DNA of 64,000 bases from the human T2T-CHM13v2.0 reference genome, Homo sapiens. Below the pieces are notes generated by a model. The model was not told the DNA's origin, searched no databases, and saw nothing but the letters and a program-made list of their open reading frames with translations. The DNA lies in the NCBI RefSeq assembly GCF_009914755.1, contig NC_060934.1. The stretch is one strand, 5' to 3'. Below are positions 13,011 through 28,000 of the stretch, piece by piece (positions within the stretch are counted from its first letter, which is position 1; every line of letters starts with the position of its first letter). The translations under genes were made by a program, and so were the position numbers.

Positions 13011-15487
13011 CCTGGTTTCTAAACCCTGAAGCCACGATATACTTTGAAGAGGTATCTTCCATAGCATGTGAAAAGATGACCTCTGTCATTTTATTACGTG
13101 TGTGCGTAAGTTTACAGAACTGAAGTTTATTCATCTAATAATTTATTTATTCTATAAATAGTAATCTGTTACTCTGCACCAGCCATTTTGGTAGGTTCTC
13201 AATATTGAATAGAGAACAAGACACTCTGCCATCATGGAACTTGCTGTATAGTGGTGGAGGAAGACAATTTAAAGCTAAATTTAAAAGTGGTTATTTGTGT
13301 TTATTAGTGCTATGAAGAATATAAAAGGGGACATTGATAGGATAGGAAAGAGAAAACCTTTTGTGAAAAGAGTAGTCAAAGAAGTTCTATGTGAGGAGGC
13401 AGCATTTTAATCTGCTACCTGAAAACAAACAAAAAAAAACTGAACAGTTTTAGTACCTTTATTCTTTGAAATAGCCCCCAAACTACTTTTATGAAAGGAA
13501 TCTCAATATCTTGAACCCCATGCAGCAAAAACTGCAAGAATGGTGTCTTGGAAACTGTGGTTTTCTAAACAAGCACAAAGGTGATTCTTATGAAAGGAAA
13601 GTCCAAGAAACTCTATCAGAGGTTCTCAAATTATAGTATACGTAAAAACATTCTGGGGCTTCTGCTTCTGGTCATGACAGACCAGGTATTGACATGCTGT
13701 TGTACCATAAACAACGAGAAAGCTAGACAAAACATATTTTTAAAAACACAACACTTTTTAAATATTGGAAAAGAGACTTAGGACTGTGACATTGATAAAA
13801 GGAAATAAATGAGGCGAACACTACAATTACCTCATCATTATTCATAGAGGCAGTTTCCAGAGCACAGGCAGAAGGAAGCTGTTCCCAAGGAGATCAAAGC
13901 AACTGTTGCTGCACTGAAGAAATTGGAAAGGCAGAGTGACTGGACTGTGCAGAGAAGAGGAAGTTATGCAGAAAAAAGCTCTGAAAATCTACATAAAGAT
14001 TATCTACACAATCTAAATAAGTACATAAAAATATTTAACTGAAAACCCACATAGATATATGTAGAGTGTGACTTCAGGCAGTTTGGCAAAGAATAATTAC
14101 CAGAGAAAGAATCAATGTAGGGCTGTAATCCACACAACTACTGGAGTTTGTGCAGGATTGAGAGATGCTCGAGTTACTACCAGCCAAAATGGGGAAACTT
14201 CACTGAACGCCTGAGACATTTAATAGAGACCCTCCAGAAAGGTTATACATTGGAGGAAGGACTAAACTAGCCCTAGAATAAGAGCTACCTGAAAAGTTCA
14301 AGTTGATCCACAAGTAATTAACTGCCTGCCAGAGCAAAATTCAACATTTATTATTAGAAGACAGCAAAATCTACAATTCAATAATGTAACACTAAGAATA
14401 TCCAGCTCCAATATTAGATCACTAGATATGTGAAGATTCAGGAATATGCAGCCCATTATCAGAAGAAAAATCAGTCAATAGAGTCAGACCCAGAAGTAAC
14501 AGAGATGTTGAAATTAGCTGGTTCGTACTTTAAAATAGTTATAAATATGTTCAACAATTTAAAGAAAAACATGAACATAATGTTGAAAGAAATGGAATAT
14601 AGAAAAAAGAACTGAATAGAACTTCTAAAACTTAAAAATATAATATATATGATGACAAATTCATAAGAATCAGGTTTAACAGCACAATAGGCATATGGGA
14701 GAAAAGATCAGTAAACTTGAAGGCAGGAAAATTTAAGCTGTTCAAACTGAAGCATAGTTATCAAAATAAGGCTGGAGAGAAAAGTCTCTGTGACCTATGA
14801 GACATTACCTAGTAGTCTCACCTATGTGTCATTGCAGCCTGAGAATGGCGGGTGTAGGGGGTGGAGGATATCATTTAAATAATGGCTGAAATTTTTCTAA
14901 ATTTGCTGAGCACTAAGAAGCTGAAGAAGGTCAAAAATCACTCAAGTATGAGAAAGAAAGCCACACTAAGGTATGTCATAATCCAAATGCTGAAAACTAA
15001 TGAGAAGGATTATAAAAGCAGCAAGAGAAAAAAGACACATTACATTTAGGGGTCATAGATAAGAATGGCCACTGGTTTGTCATCAAATGCAATGGAATGA
15101 CATCTTTGAAGGACTGAAAGAAAAGTCCCTTCAATTTTGAATTCTGTATTCAGTGAAAATGTTATTCATAAATAAAGACAAAATTAAAACAGACATTTAT
15201 GTCAAATGAAAAAATGAAGAATTTACTGGCAGAGACCTGCACTATAAAAAATGTCAAAGAACATTTTTTAGGCTGAAGGAAAATGATTCCAGGTGAAAAG
15301 TCATACCTACAGAAAGGAATAAAAATCACCATCAGTGGTAAATATAGGGCAGATATGAAACATTTGATTTTATACTTGTTGTATCTTTGAAAGAAAAAAC
15401 GCTTTTTAGAACTACAATTATAACTCTATATTGTGAAGTTATAACCAGTGTAAATAGCAAAGGGACAGAGGAGGAAAATTGGAAGTA

Positions 15488-16318
<831 letters not shown>

Positions 16319-18662
16319 TATACAATTAAAGTGTCTTATATGTGAAGTGGTATGTTATTTTAATGTAGATAGTGATAAGTTAAAGATGCATATTGTAAAC
16401 CCTAAAGCAACTGGTAAAAAATAAAATGAAGTATAGCTAATAAGCTAGTGGAGTACAAAATGGAATACTAGAAATATTCAACCCAAAGAAAGTAGGAAAA
16501 TAGGAAAAGAGAACAAAGAAGAGACGAATAGAAACAAATACAGCAATGTGGTAAACTTAAACCCAGTTATATTTATAATTACATTAAGTGTATATGATTT
16601 AGACTATACAATTTAAAGGCAGAAATTATGAGACTGGATTGTAATACCCAACTACAAACACACTTTAAATAGAAACATGCAGATAGATAGATTGAAAGTA
16701 AAGAGATGGAGAAGCTGTACAATGAAAACATTCATTTTATTCATTTCAATAGTTGGAATGGCTATTTTAATATAAGGCAAGGTAACTTCCAGACAAGCAG
16801 TATAATCAGAGACAGATGACATTTCATAATGACAAAAAGTTCAATTCATCAAGAGGAGAAAACACTTTTTAGTTTGTGTGTGCTTAATAACAAAGCTTTA
16901 AAATTATATGTGTCAAAAACTAAGAGAAATGAAAAAAGAAATAGTCATATCCTCAATATTAAATGGAAATTTCAAAATCATTTCCTCAGTAATTTAAAAA
17001 ACAAGTAGAAAATTATTTGAGGATACATAAAATTTAAATATTCTGGACCATAAGACAAATATCAACAAGTTTAAAAGAGTCAAAATCATAAAAGAATATT
17101 ATCTGACCATAATGGAATTAAATTAAAATCTATAAAATAAAAATATAAGAAAAACTAACAAATACCTGGGAATTAGATCACACACCTCAAAAACAAACTT
17201 TAGGTCAGAGAGGAAATCAAAAGAAAAGTGTGAAAATATTTTGAATGGAATAATGGAAATGCAACATATCAAATGTGTAGAATGCATTTAAGCAGTGCCT
17301 AGAAGGGCATTTGCACCTCCCTGTAATGTATATTAGAAAAAAAAGATTTAATATCGGTTATATAGATTTTTGCCTTAAGAAGTTAATAAAATTGAAGCAA
17401 ATTAAATCCAATATAACCTAAATGAAAGAAGTAATAAAGATAATAGTAGAAATCACTTTAGTAAAAAATAAACAAAAATAATAGAATGAAAGGAAGAGTT
17501 GTCTCTTAATAAAGTAAATAAACTTGATCTCTTTAGACAGATCCAGAGAAAAGTAAGAAAATACATATTATTTATATTAAGTATCAAATGGGGAAAATTA
17601 TTATTGAATTTATAGACATTCAAATGATATTAATGAAATATTATGAACAACTTTATATTGATAAGTTTGGTAATTTAGTGTCTTGGGTCTTTCTGGAAAG
17701 ACATGAGTTGTATAACTGATATGAGAAGAAATAGAAAATACAAATAGTTTATATTAATAAAAGAAACTTAATAATTAAAACCCTTTCCACAAAGAAAATA
17801 CCAAGCCCAATGACTTCACTGGTGAATTCTGTCAAATATTTATACTAACTTAATTCTGGAGAGATATAGAAATATTATTGCTCTAGCTCTATTCCCTTTT
17901 CATTTTCATTCTGTATTGTTATACACATTGTATCAGTAAATAGTAGAACCGTGCATTTTTTTATATTTTAAAGAAAAGCAGAAGAAAGAAGAACAAGTAT
18001 TTAATTATAGTTTGTTATCTGTCTTATTTAATGTTTCCAGTTCTTTTAGTTTGTTCCTGTGAATTTGAGTTCCTGCCTGGTGTGATTATTTCAGTACAGC
18101 TTTGCTCCAACCCACCTCTCTTATGCAATTGTTAAATATGTCACATTTCTATATATTGTAGGCCCAACAATACAATTATATGCCTAATGTTTTATACAAT
18201 TGCTTTTTAAATAAGTTAAGAGAAAAAGGAAGAAATATGCATTTACAGTATATCTTCATTTTTCTCTAATAAAATAATTATCATTACTAGTGCTCTTTGT
18301 TTTCTTGTGTAGATCCAGATCACTATGTGAGATCACTTACTTTCATTCTAAAAAATTTCCTTTAGTATTTCTAATAAGTTGGTTCTGCTAACAGTGAGTT
18401 CTGTCAATTTTGTTTACCTGGCAATGTCTTCATTTCCCCTTTATTTTTGAGAGAGTTTTGCTGAGTATGATAGTCTTAGTAAGGTATTTTTTCCTTTAGC
18501 ACCTTGAATATGTCATCTCTCTGCCTTCTGGCCTACATAGTTCTAATGAGAAGTCAGTTGTTAACATTGTTAGTTCCCTAATATGTGACAATTCATTTTT
18601 CTTCTGTTAATTTCAAGATTTTCCTTTTATTATAGGCTTTCAACCTTTTTACTATTGTGTGA

Positions 18663-18851
<189 letters not shown>

Positions 18852-19860
18852 TGAGTTCATTGAGCTACCTGAATGCTTCTCATTAAATTTGAAAATTATC
18901 AGTCATTACTTCTTCAAAGATTTTTCTTCTGCTGCTTGTTCTCTCTCTTGTTTTCTCATACTGTCATTACATGTATGCTTATATTTCTCTGAAACTGTTC
19001 ATTTACCTTCATTCCTTCTTCTTTTTTTCATATTTTATAATCCCAATTCAAATCTGTTGAGTCCCTGTAGTGAAATTTTCATTTCCATAACTGTAGTTTT
19101 TAAATCTATAATTTTCACTTTGTTCTTTTTTTATGAATGATGAGTGTTCTCTTTATTGATATTCCATATTTGATGAGACATTACCATCAAACCTTTCTTT
19201 GCTACTGTAAGGATGATTTCCTCTAGTTCTTTAAACATATTTATATCTTTGCTTTGGAATATTTGTCCACTAAGTCCAATGACTGGGCCCGCTCACAAGC
19301 CCTTCTTTTTTTCATGTGTATGGATGATATTTTCCTGTTTCTTTGCATGTCTTATTTTTTTGTTGTTGTTGAAAACTGTACATTTCAGAAAATTTGCTTA
19401 AATTATTATAAGAAGTCTTCGTACTAAGTTCCCTGGGTGGGGAACTTGTTGTTTGCCTGTTTGTTTAGTGACTTGGCTGGACTATTTTAGTAAAATCTAT
19501 TTTCCCCATCTATGAAGCCTTTGATGTCACTCTTCAGCAAGCACAGCTTAGGGCATATGTACAATCACCCTGGAATGACAGTGATTTTAACAGGGCTTTT
19601 CTATGACTGTTTCATTCCCTGGTCTTTTTATTAATCTGTCTGCCTCTGTTGGTGCCACCCCCAGTTATTAGGCTCCACTAATTGTCAGCTGATTCCTCTG
19701 TTGTTTCCAGCAGTGTCCTGGGGCATGAATTGTTTCACAATCTGATTCAATTAAGTTGCAGACTCCTTACAGGAGTACTTTTTGTGGCTAGCTTTGAGGT
19801 TCATTTTGATTCCAGGACAGTTCTTCTTAGCTGTTTCTTTTTAAAAATTCTATTTGCTAA

Positions 19861-21172
19861 TTCTGTGAAGAATGTCAATGGTAGTTTAATGGGAATAGCA
19901 TTGAATATATAAATTATTTTGGGCAGTATGGTCATTTTCATGACATTGATTCTTTCCATCCATGTGGACGGAATAGTTTTCCATTTGTTTAGGTCCTCTC
20001 TTATTTCCTTGAGCAGTGGTTTATAGTTCTCCTTGAAGAGGTCCTTCACATCCTTGTTAGCTCTATTGCTAGGCATTTTATTCTCTTTGTAGCAATCGTG
20101 AATGGGAATTCATTCATGATTTGCCACTCTGCTTGTCTATTGTTGGCGTATAGGAATGCTTGTGATTTTTGCACATTGATTTTGTATCCTAAAACTTTGC
20201 TGAAGTTATTTATCAGCTTAAGGAGTTTTTGGGCCAAGACGATGGGGTTTTCTAAATATAGAATCATGACATCTGCAAACAGACAATTTGACTTTCTCTC
20301 TTCCTATTCAAATACCCTTTATTTCTTTCTCTTGCCTGATTGCCCTGGCCAGAACTTCCAATACTATGTTGAAAAGGAGTGGTGAGAGAGGGCATCCTCA
20401 TCATGTGCTGGTTTTCATAGGGAATGCTTCCAGTTTTTGCTCATTCAGTATTTTATTGGATATGGGTTGTCATAAATGGCTCTTATTATTTTGATATGTG
20501 TTCCATCAATATCTAGTTTATAGAGAGTTTTTAACATGAGGGGATGTTGAATTTACAGTAACCAAAACAGCATGGTATGGGTACCAAAACAGACATATAG
20601 ATCAATGGAACAGAACAGACACCTAAGAAATAACACCACACATGTACAACCATCTGATATTTGACAAACCAGACAAAAACAAGCAATGGAGAAAGGATTC
20701 CCTATTTAATAAATGGTGCTGGGACAACTGGCTAGCCATATGCAGAAAACTGAAACTGGACCCCTTCCTTACACCTTATACAGAAATTAATGCAAGATGG
20801 ATTAAAGACTTAAATGTAAAACCAAAAACCGTAAAAACCCTCGAAGAAAACCTAGGCAATACCATTCAGGACATAGTCATGGGCACAGATTTCATGATGA
20901 AAACACCAAAAGCAATTGCAACAAAAGCCCAAATCGACAAATGGGATCTAATTCAACTAAAGAGCTTCTGTACAGCAAAAGAAACTATCATCAGAGCGAA
21001 CAGGCAGCCTACAGAATGGGAAAAAATTTTTGCAATCTACGCATCCAACAAAGGACTAATATCCAGAATCTACAAGAAACTTAAGCAAATTTACATATGT
21101 AACAAACCTGCACATTCTGCACATGTATCCCGGAACTTAAATAATTTTTTAAAAGGTATAAATTCAAAAAAT
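19861..21172 (+). mobile_element. L1PA (about PA7-8) with 5' inversion (twin priming) and internal deletion
   Basis: 15-bp TSD aattctatttgctaa at 19846-19860 and 21173-21187. Minus-strand ORF2 runs 19861 to about 20554; plus-strand ORF2/3'UTR follows. Confidence 0.92.
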
Positions 21173-21752
21173 AATTCTATTTGCTAAGCTGTCCAGTCTG
21201 TGGTTAGCTTGTTGCTCTCATGGAGTTACCAGCCTCAGTGTAATTATCAAAATCTCACTCTTTTCAAGAGTACTCTTAGGCTTTAATTTTCCCACACTGT
21301 CTCCCAAATACAGTCAGAACCACTGCGGAGAGCTTTGGAGTTCTTTGTTCTTATGACCTGCCTCTCCCTCTGGGCAAACTCTCTGAGCCACTGTTCAGGA
21401 GCTGGCAGCAGAGACAGGGGCCCACATCTCTTAGAGTGACACCTTGTTTCACATTGAACTGGCTGGGGATGTTTGAGGGAGAGGATGGCTCAAATGCCAC
21501 AGACTCCTACTGTTCTAACTGAGATTGTGTTATGATCTTGAATGTTTCTTCGCTGACTGTATGCCCTTATGACAATTTCCAAAAACTTAAAATGGCTCTT
21601 TATTTTTCCAATTTTTAGTAGTTATGGTTGCTTCACTGGAGAATGAATTGATGAGTTCATCACACCACCATTCTGGAAACAAGAGTCCTAGAAAATATTT
21701 AAGAAAGAAATAATCAGTCTTATTGCCTCATTTTATGAGGCCAGCATTATAC

Positions 21753-22444
21753 TGTCAACTGAAGAATTGGAAGATTCATACATTTGGAAAAGAAAGCTTT
21801 ATTTCTTATAAAGTGTTGCAGTCTGCAAGCTAGCCATCTGTAGGCTGGGAAGTGTGGCCTCTGGTAGAAGCCAAAAGCAGGCACTTTGAGGGAGGGAAGG
21901 ATAAGACAGGAATTTATGCTGAATGAGTTGGCTAAGTATACATATTCATGAAGGGGAGGCATGTGCACGCACAGTAGGTTATCTTGTATGTAATATGCAT
22001 TCTGTGTTTGCTTTGGGATGGAGATGTAGCATTTAAATGTACTACAATTAGGTCCTATACATGAAAAGGTGAAGCAGAGGACAGGAAGGCCCTCAGTGCA
22101 TGCAGCCTCAGAAGACTGGCCAGAACCACTCCAGGATCAGGCAGTCTCTTATCAGAAAGGAATGCTAGTTAGTTGCTGTGTTGAAACCACAAAAGTGAGG
22201 GGTAGCATTAAGCAGTTGGTTGAATTAAATAATGGAGCAAGTATCTCAAAAGGGCTGCTTTCTGTTTAATCTTTAGGAAAGAAAGCGTAACGGCAGTTAT
22301 CAAAGAAGAGGGTGTAACAACACGTGTCCAACTTATCCCATCATGGCTGGGACTGTTTTTAAGGTTTCTCTAGGGTCTACTTGGCCAAGAGAGGGTCTAT
22401 TGAGTTGTCTGAGATGCTTAGGATTTAACTTTTATTTCTCAACA
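21753..22444 (-). mobile_element. ERV1-class solo LTR (MER39/MER34-like)
   Basis: TG...CA ends. The minus strand starts tgttgagaaataaaagttaaatcctaagc...gaccctctcttggccaag, resembling MER39. Confidence 0.7.
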
Positions 22445-25097
22445 ATGTTGAAAGAAGACAAAGACATCATAAGAAAATTGAGTCTGACATTCCACATGAA
22501 CCCAGATGTAAAGTACTTCACAGAGTATTAACAAATAAAATCTAGCAATATATAAAAATATTAATACATCATGACTGAATGGAGTTTATTTCAGGAGTGA
22601 GTGCAAGTTCGTTAAAACATTAAAATGCATTTGTTAAAACATTAAAAATTCTCTGCACCACAATTGCATTAACAGAATCAAAGTGGAAAAAAATCATGAA
22701 AGACATGCCGAAATTCAATACCCATATGTGATAAACACAGTCAGCACACTAGGAATAGTGGGAATTTTATCTAATAAAGTGTACCCACCCAATTTAAAGG
22801 TAGTAAGCTAGAACTTTGGACATTGTACAAAACCATATAAATGAAATATGTTCAAAATCTTTAGTCTTTGGGGAAATTTAAATTAAAACCACAATGAAAT
22901 GCAATTAGACATTTGCTAAAATGGCTAAAATTAAAACACTGATAGTACTGAGTATTGGTGAGGTGGCAGAGCCAATTGTACTCTTATACACTGCTTATGG
23001 CAGTGTAAAACAGTTCAGTTACTTTGGAAACATACAGCAGTGTCTTATAATGTGACATATACGCCTACCACATGATCCAGAAGTTTCACTTGTAGGCATT
23101 TGCTAAAGATTAGTGTTTCCAAAAGACTCAAGCATGAATATTGATAGCACTTTTATAATGAGCAAAGTGAAAACGGGAATGAATATTAGAAAATCACAGT
23201 TTCTGCTTTTGTAGCCTCACACAGAATATAGTCAGACTAAGCTAATGGCCTTAAAACATTATTAGAATAAACAAAAAACAATTGAAAAACAACAAAGCCA
23301 GTAATGCCAACTATAGAAATTAGCAATCATTTTTCAGAAATTTGAGTAAAAATCTCATGTCCCCTCCTAAAGACAGAATACATTCAGAGAACTTAACAAA
23401 GGCTGTCTTTGGAAGTTAGCTGCAATGATCTGTTTATATAATATTATACCTTTTGATTTAGTTTTGTTTTGTAATGTTTGACTACAGCTAGGGTAGAGAA
23501 TTCATTTTCAGTGCTGCTCTGTTATTTAATTAGTGTAGCTCTAGCTTAGGAAAATTATACTTCAATTTTGTTTGATTAAAGAACACTAAGGTCTATTTTA
23601 GCATTGTGTTGCAAAACTATACATAATTATTTTTCAGTCTACTATTATAAAATCCCCCTTTTAGTCTATCTTGGTGATTTAAAAATTGCATAGGCTAAAT
23701 ACGACATAATTCATTCACCTGGATGCAATTATTTTTAAAGGGAAACAATATCATTTTTATTTTTTATTATCTGTTGCCTAATTATACGGTATTTACTTTT
23801 CATTTAAGATATTTTAATTCTTCATATTTATTTTTAAAAACTCATATTTCAGTTTGAATATTATCTTGTTACTTTTCTTTATGTAAGAAGGACATTTTAT
23901 GCTGGTTGAAGAAAAGTATATTTTGCAAAAGACCATATTTGAAATTTCACTAATTCTAAATGAAGAATTAGAGAGTTCATGGTATGTTCATATCTGGAGG
24001 TTCTTTAGGAAGATTTTCAGACACAAAGTCATTTGTGGTGTATTGATATTTAGTTATCAACAGTCTGCTTAATAATTTCCATGTTTGTCTATTCACTTCC
24101 TCCTCCAATTTCTTTTCCATTTTAATCAAACTCTTGAAGTTTCATTCAGAAAACTTTTTCTGTTCTGAAAACTAAACCACTGATCCTACTTTGGTAACAG
24201 AGAAATAAATTCCTTGTATGAAACAGGTACAGGAGGGGTTGGGCAGCATTCAAGGGGAGGGGATTATAAAGAACTTCAGTTTCTCCTGGTCAGGTTCATG
24301 TGAGCCTCACCTAGTGGTTTCCCTAACAGCAGATACAGCCATAGTCAAGCAGATAAACCAATATACATTCAAAGCAAAATGACTGAGAAAATATTTGATT
24401 TTAAAAATTTTGTCATTTGTGATTTTCTGTCCCTAATCTCTTAAAAATTAAAATAAGTGGGGTGTATTTTTTCTCAGTGTAACTTAAATAAAATGAATGA
24501 ATGAATAAAACTTGTGTTTCATATTATATAAAATGAGAATTTTGTGACTTTGAAGAGCAAGAGTTTAGGTTTACATTGACTAACTTACTAAGCCCTAAAT
24601 ACTAGATGTTAACAAACCTTAGGTATGTGTTCTTTACAAAATAGATGCACAAAAGAGAAAGGCATTTCTCCTTTCTCTTTGTCCACCATCTCACTTCCAC
24701 TTCCAGATAGAAATATCCAAAAGTATCACATACAAGAGTCTCAGTATTTTGGGGAGACAGGAGTGGGGAGGTTCTGTTTCTGATATCAATGTTGCTATCT
24801 CTTTGCAATTTTATATAGTTTTTTTGTTATTTACTCCCAAATCTCTGGATTCTAATGTGAATTTTTTTTTAATAACATGTATAGCAAACGATGTAGTAGA
24901 AGACATAAAGGATATAAGGCTTTTTATATTTTCAAATATACTGTGTGATTTATAAGTAAAATTTGAATATCTTGTTTTAATAATTTATTCTATTCCTTTC
25001 ATATGTTAAACTTAGAGAATGATTTTGAGTTTGTTTTTATTGAAGTGTCTTTTGTCTTGAAAAATTAAGTGGCTATGTTTATTTGGAATAGGAATGA

Positions 25098-25449
25098 TGT
25101 ATTAATCTGTTTTCACACTGTCAGTAAAGACATACCCAAGACTGGGCAATTTATGAAAGAAAAAGGTTTAATTGTACTTACACATGGCTGGGGAAGCCTC
25201 ACAAACATGGCAGAAGGCAAGGAAGAGCAAGTCACATCTCACGTGGATGGCAGTAGGCAAAGAGAGGAGCGCTTGTGCAGGGAAACACCCCTTTCTATAA
25301 CCATCAAATATCATGAGACTTCTTCATTATCAGGAGAACAGCACAGGAAAGACCTGCCCTCATGATTCAATTACCTCCCACCAGGTCTCTTCCACAACAC
25401 ATGGAAATTGAAGATGAGATTTGAGTGGGGAAATAGCCAAACCATATCA
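25098..25449 (-). mobile_element. THE1 (B/C-like) solo LTR
   Basis: tgtattaatctgttttcacactg...ccaaaccatatca with a perfect 5-bp TSD aatga. Confidence 0.92.
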
Positions 25450-26584
25450 AATGAAGTCATATACCACCTAAAATTGTACTTTATTATTTCTATAAAATAC
25501 TTAGCTAATATAAATAAGAATATAAGAATATTACAGAATATAGAATTATAGATCCTATGTAGGAAATTACTATCTTAGTTGAATTGCTCAGATAACTAAT
25601 AACATTTTAAGGGAATTTATCAGGTGACATTCAAGCCACAAAACAAATTTCATGGGGAGAATTTGTTTATATGCTTTAGATTTCTATATTTATATTTTCA
25701 GAAAGATTTGCATATTTTATCCCTTTGATATGGTACTATTGTTGCTAGTGGTAATTGTGGGTCATATGTTTGGTATGTGCAGACTATTATTGCCTCTCGT
25801 CTGCTACTTCATTGTCTGGAAATGTTTGATTGTAATTTTTTTCCACATTGTTTGCTTAGATCTGTAAAATAGAGGATTATGAAATCATTTTGGAGTTCTT
25901 AGAGAATTGGTATTCATGTCTTTCACCTCACATTCTAGTGTGACTTTAACTGGTCTTTCTTTCTGAAGAGAGCAACTCACTGCATTTTAGTATACAATCA
26001 ATTGTGAGGGTATATCTCCTGCACTACAAGCCAACTCAGTGGCTTCTACAGAATTAGAGTACAGTGTTTGCAGTTATTAGAGTGAATAGCATTGTTTCTT
26101 TTTTAACTATTAAAAATTTCCTGCTTTGGTTTTTGTATACATACTTGTTTTTAAAAATCTAGTAAGCTTAAGTAGTTGTAGTAAGAAAATGATTTAATCA
26201 CCATCTTACCAGGGTCACAAAATATTATCTTAGTTTGGAGAAAAGCTTTTCTTCTATTACCAAAAAAAAAAAAAGAAAACAGTGACCATACAGAAAAAAG
26301 TTGATAAATTTGAATCACCCAACCCACCCTCCCAAGTGTACTTCTGTGTTCCAGAAGACATCATAACCAAAGGAAACATACCAAAACAATCTGTAGAAAA
26401 CTATTGTCAACATATATGACAGCAGATTTAATATTCTCTTTAAAACCTTTTATTTTTTCCATTCTAACTCAATGTTACCAGTCTCTGTGAAATTCTATAG
26501 TACTTTGCACATAATTCTTTTACCACATAACTATAATTCAAGACCTACATACAGTCTAGGTAATTGTGTGTTTTCCCTCTAATG

Positions 26585-26772
26585 AGGGGCTTTTTCAACC
26601 TTGGCACTGTTGACATTGTGGCTTGGATAATTGTTGTGGGGGCCTTTCCTGTGCACTGTTGTATGTTTAGCAGCATTCCTGGCCTCTAGATGCCAATAGC
26701 AGTTTCACAGCCTTGACAGTAAAACATATTTTCAAACATTGTGAAGTGTCCGCTGGTTATAAAATCTCCCCC
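26585..26772. mobile_element. MER20 (hAT-Charlie) DNA transposon
   Basis: ttttcaaccttggcactgttgacatt...tgtttagcagcattcctggcctct resembles MER20. Confidence 0.78.
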
Positions 26773-26803
26773 AGGCAAAACAAACAAACAAAAAACAAGG
26801 AAA

Positions 26804-27222
<419 letters not shown>

Positions 27223-27569
27223 CTAGTCATCTTTGATGCACTTGAGCACCTACTCAGTGTTTTGCATATAGTAACAATTCAATAAATACTTGTTGATTTT
27301 AAAGGAATAAATTATGATTCTTCTAAATTCCACTTTCTTAATCAAAAGTATTACATTATGAACACATTTATATATAAATGTGTCAATACCTCACTTGTCT
27401 AAAAATGTATTGGATATAAAATTCAGTCATGAGTAGAATGATTTCATTCTGGAGAAGACATTCTAGGGGCACTTCATTTATATTGAACTTGGATTAATTT
27501 TGTGTGCTTCATATTATTTCAGGTCCTTTTTGTATATTCTTGGTGTTAGCAACTGTGTTTTTAAAACAA

Positions 27570-28000
27570 ATTGGTAGACTTTATTTTTTGAGCAGTTTAA
27601 TTTTGCAGAAAAATTAAGCAGAAAGTAAAGAGCTATATAAGCTTCATCTTGTACTAGTGTGGTACATTTGTTACAACTAAGCCAAGGATGATACATTATT
27701 ATTAACCAAAATCCATAGTTTACATTAGGGTTCCCTACTGTTATACATTTTATGGATTTTGACAACTGTATGATGATCTGTATCAATCATTACAGTATCG
27801 CATAGAGTAGATTCACTGCCCTAAAAATTGTCTGTGTTGTACCTATTCATCCCTCCCTCTCCCCTGAATCCCTAGCAATTACTGATCTTTTCATTATCTC
27901 CACTTTTGCCTTTTCCAGAGTGTTATATAATTGGAATCACACAGTATGTAGCCTTTTCAGATTGCCTTCTTTCATTCAGCAATATGCATTTAACGTTTCC
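27570..28000 (-). mobile_element. L1MC-type 3' end fragment
   Basis: agactttattttttgagcagttt...ccatagtttacattagggttc...ttggaatcacacagtatgtagcc resembles the L1MC 3'UTR. Confidence 0.7.
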
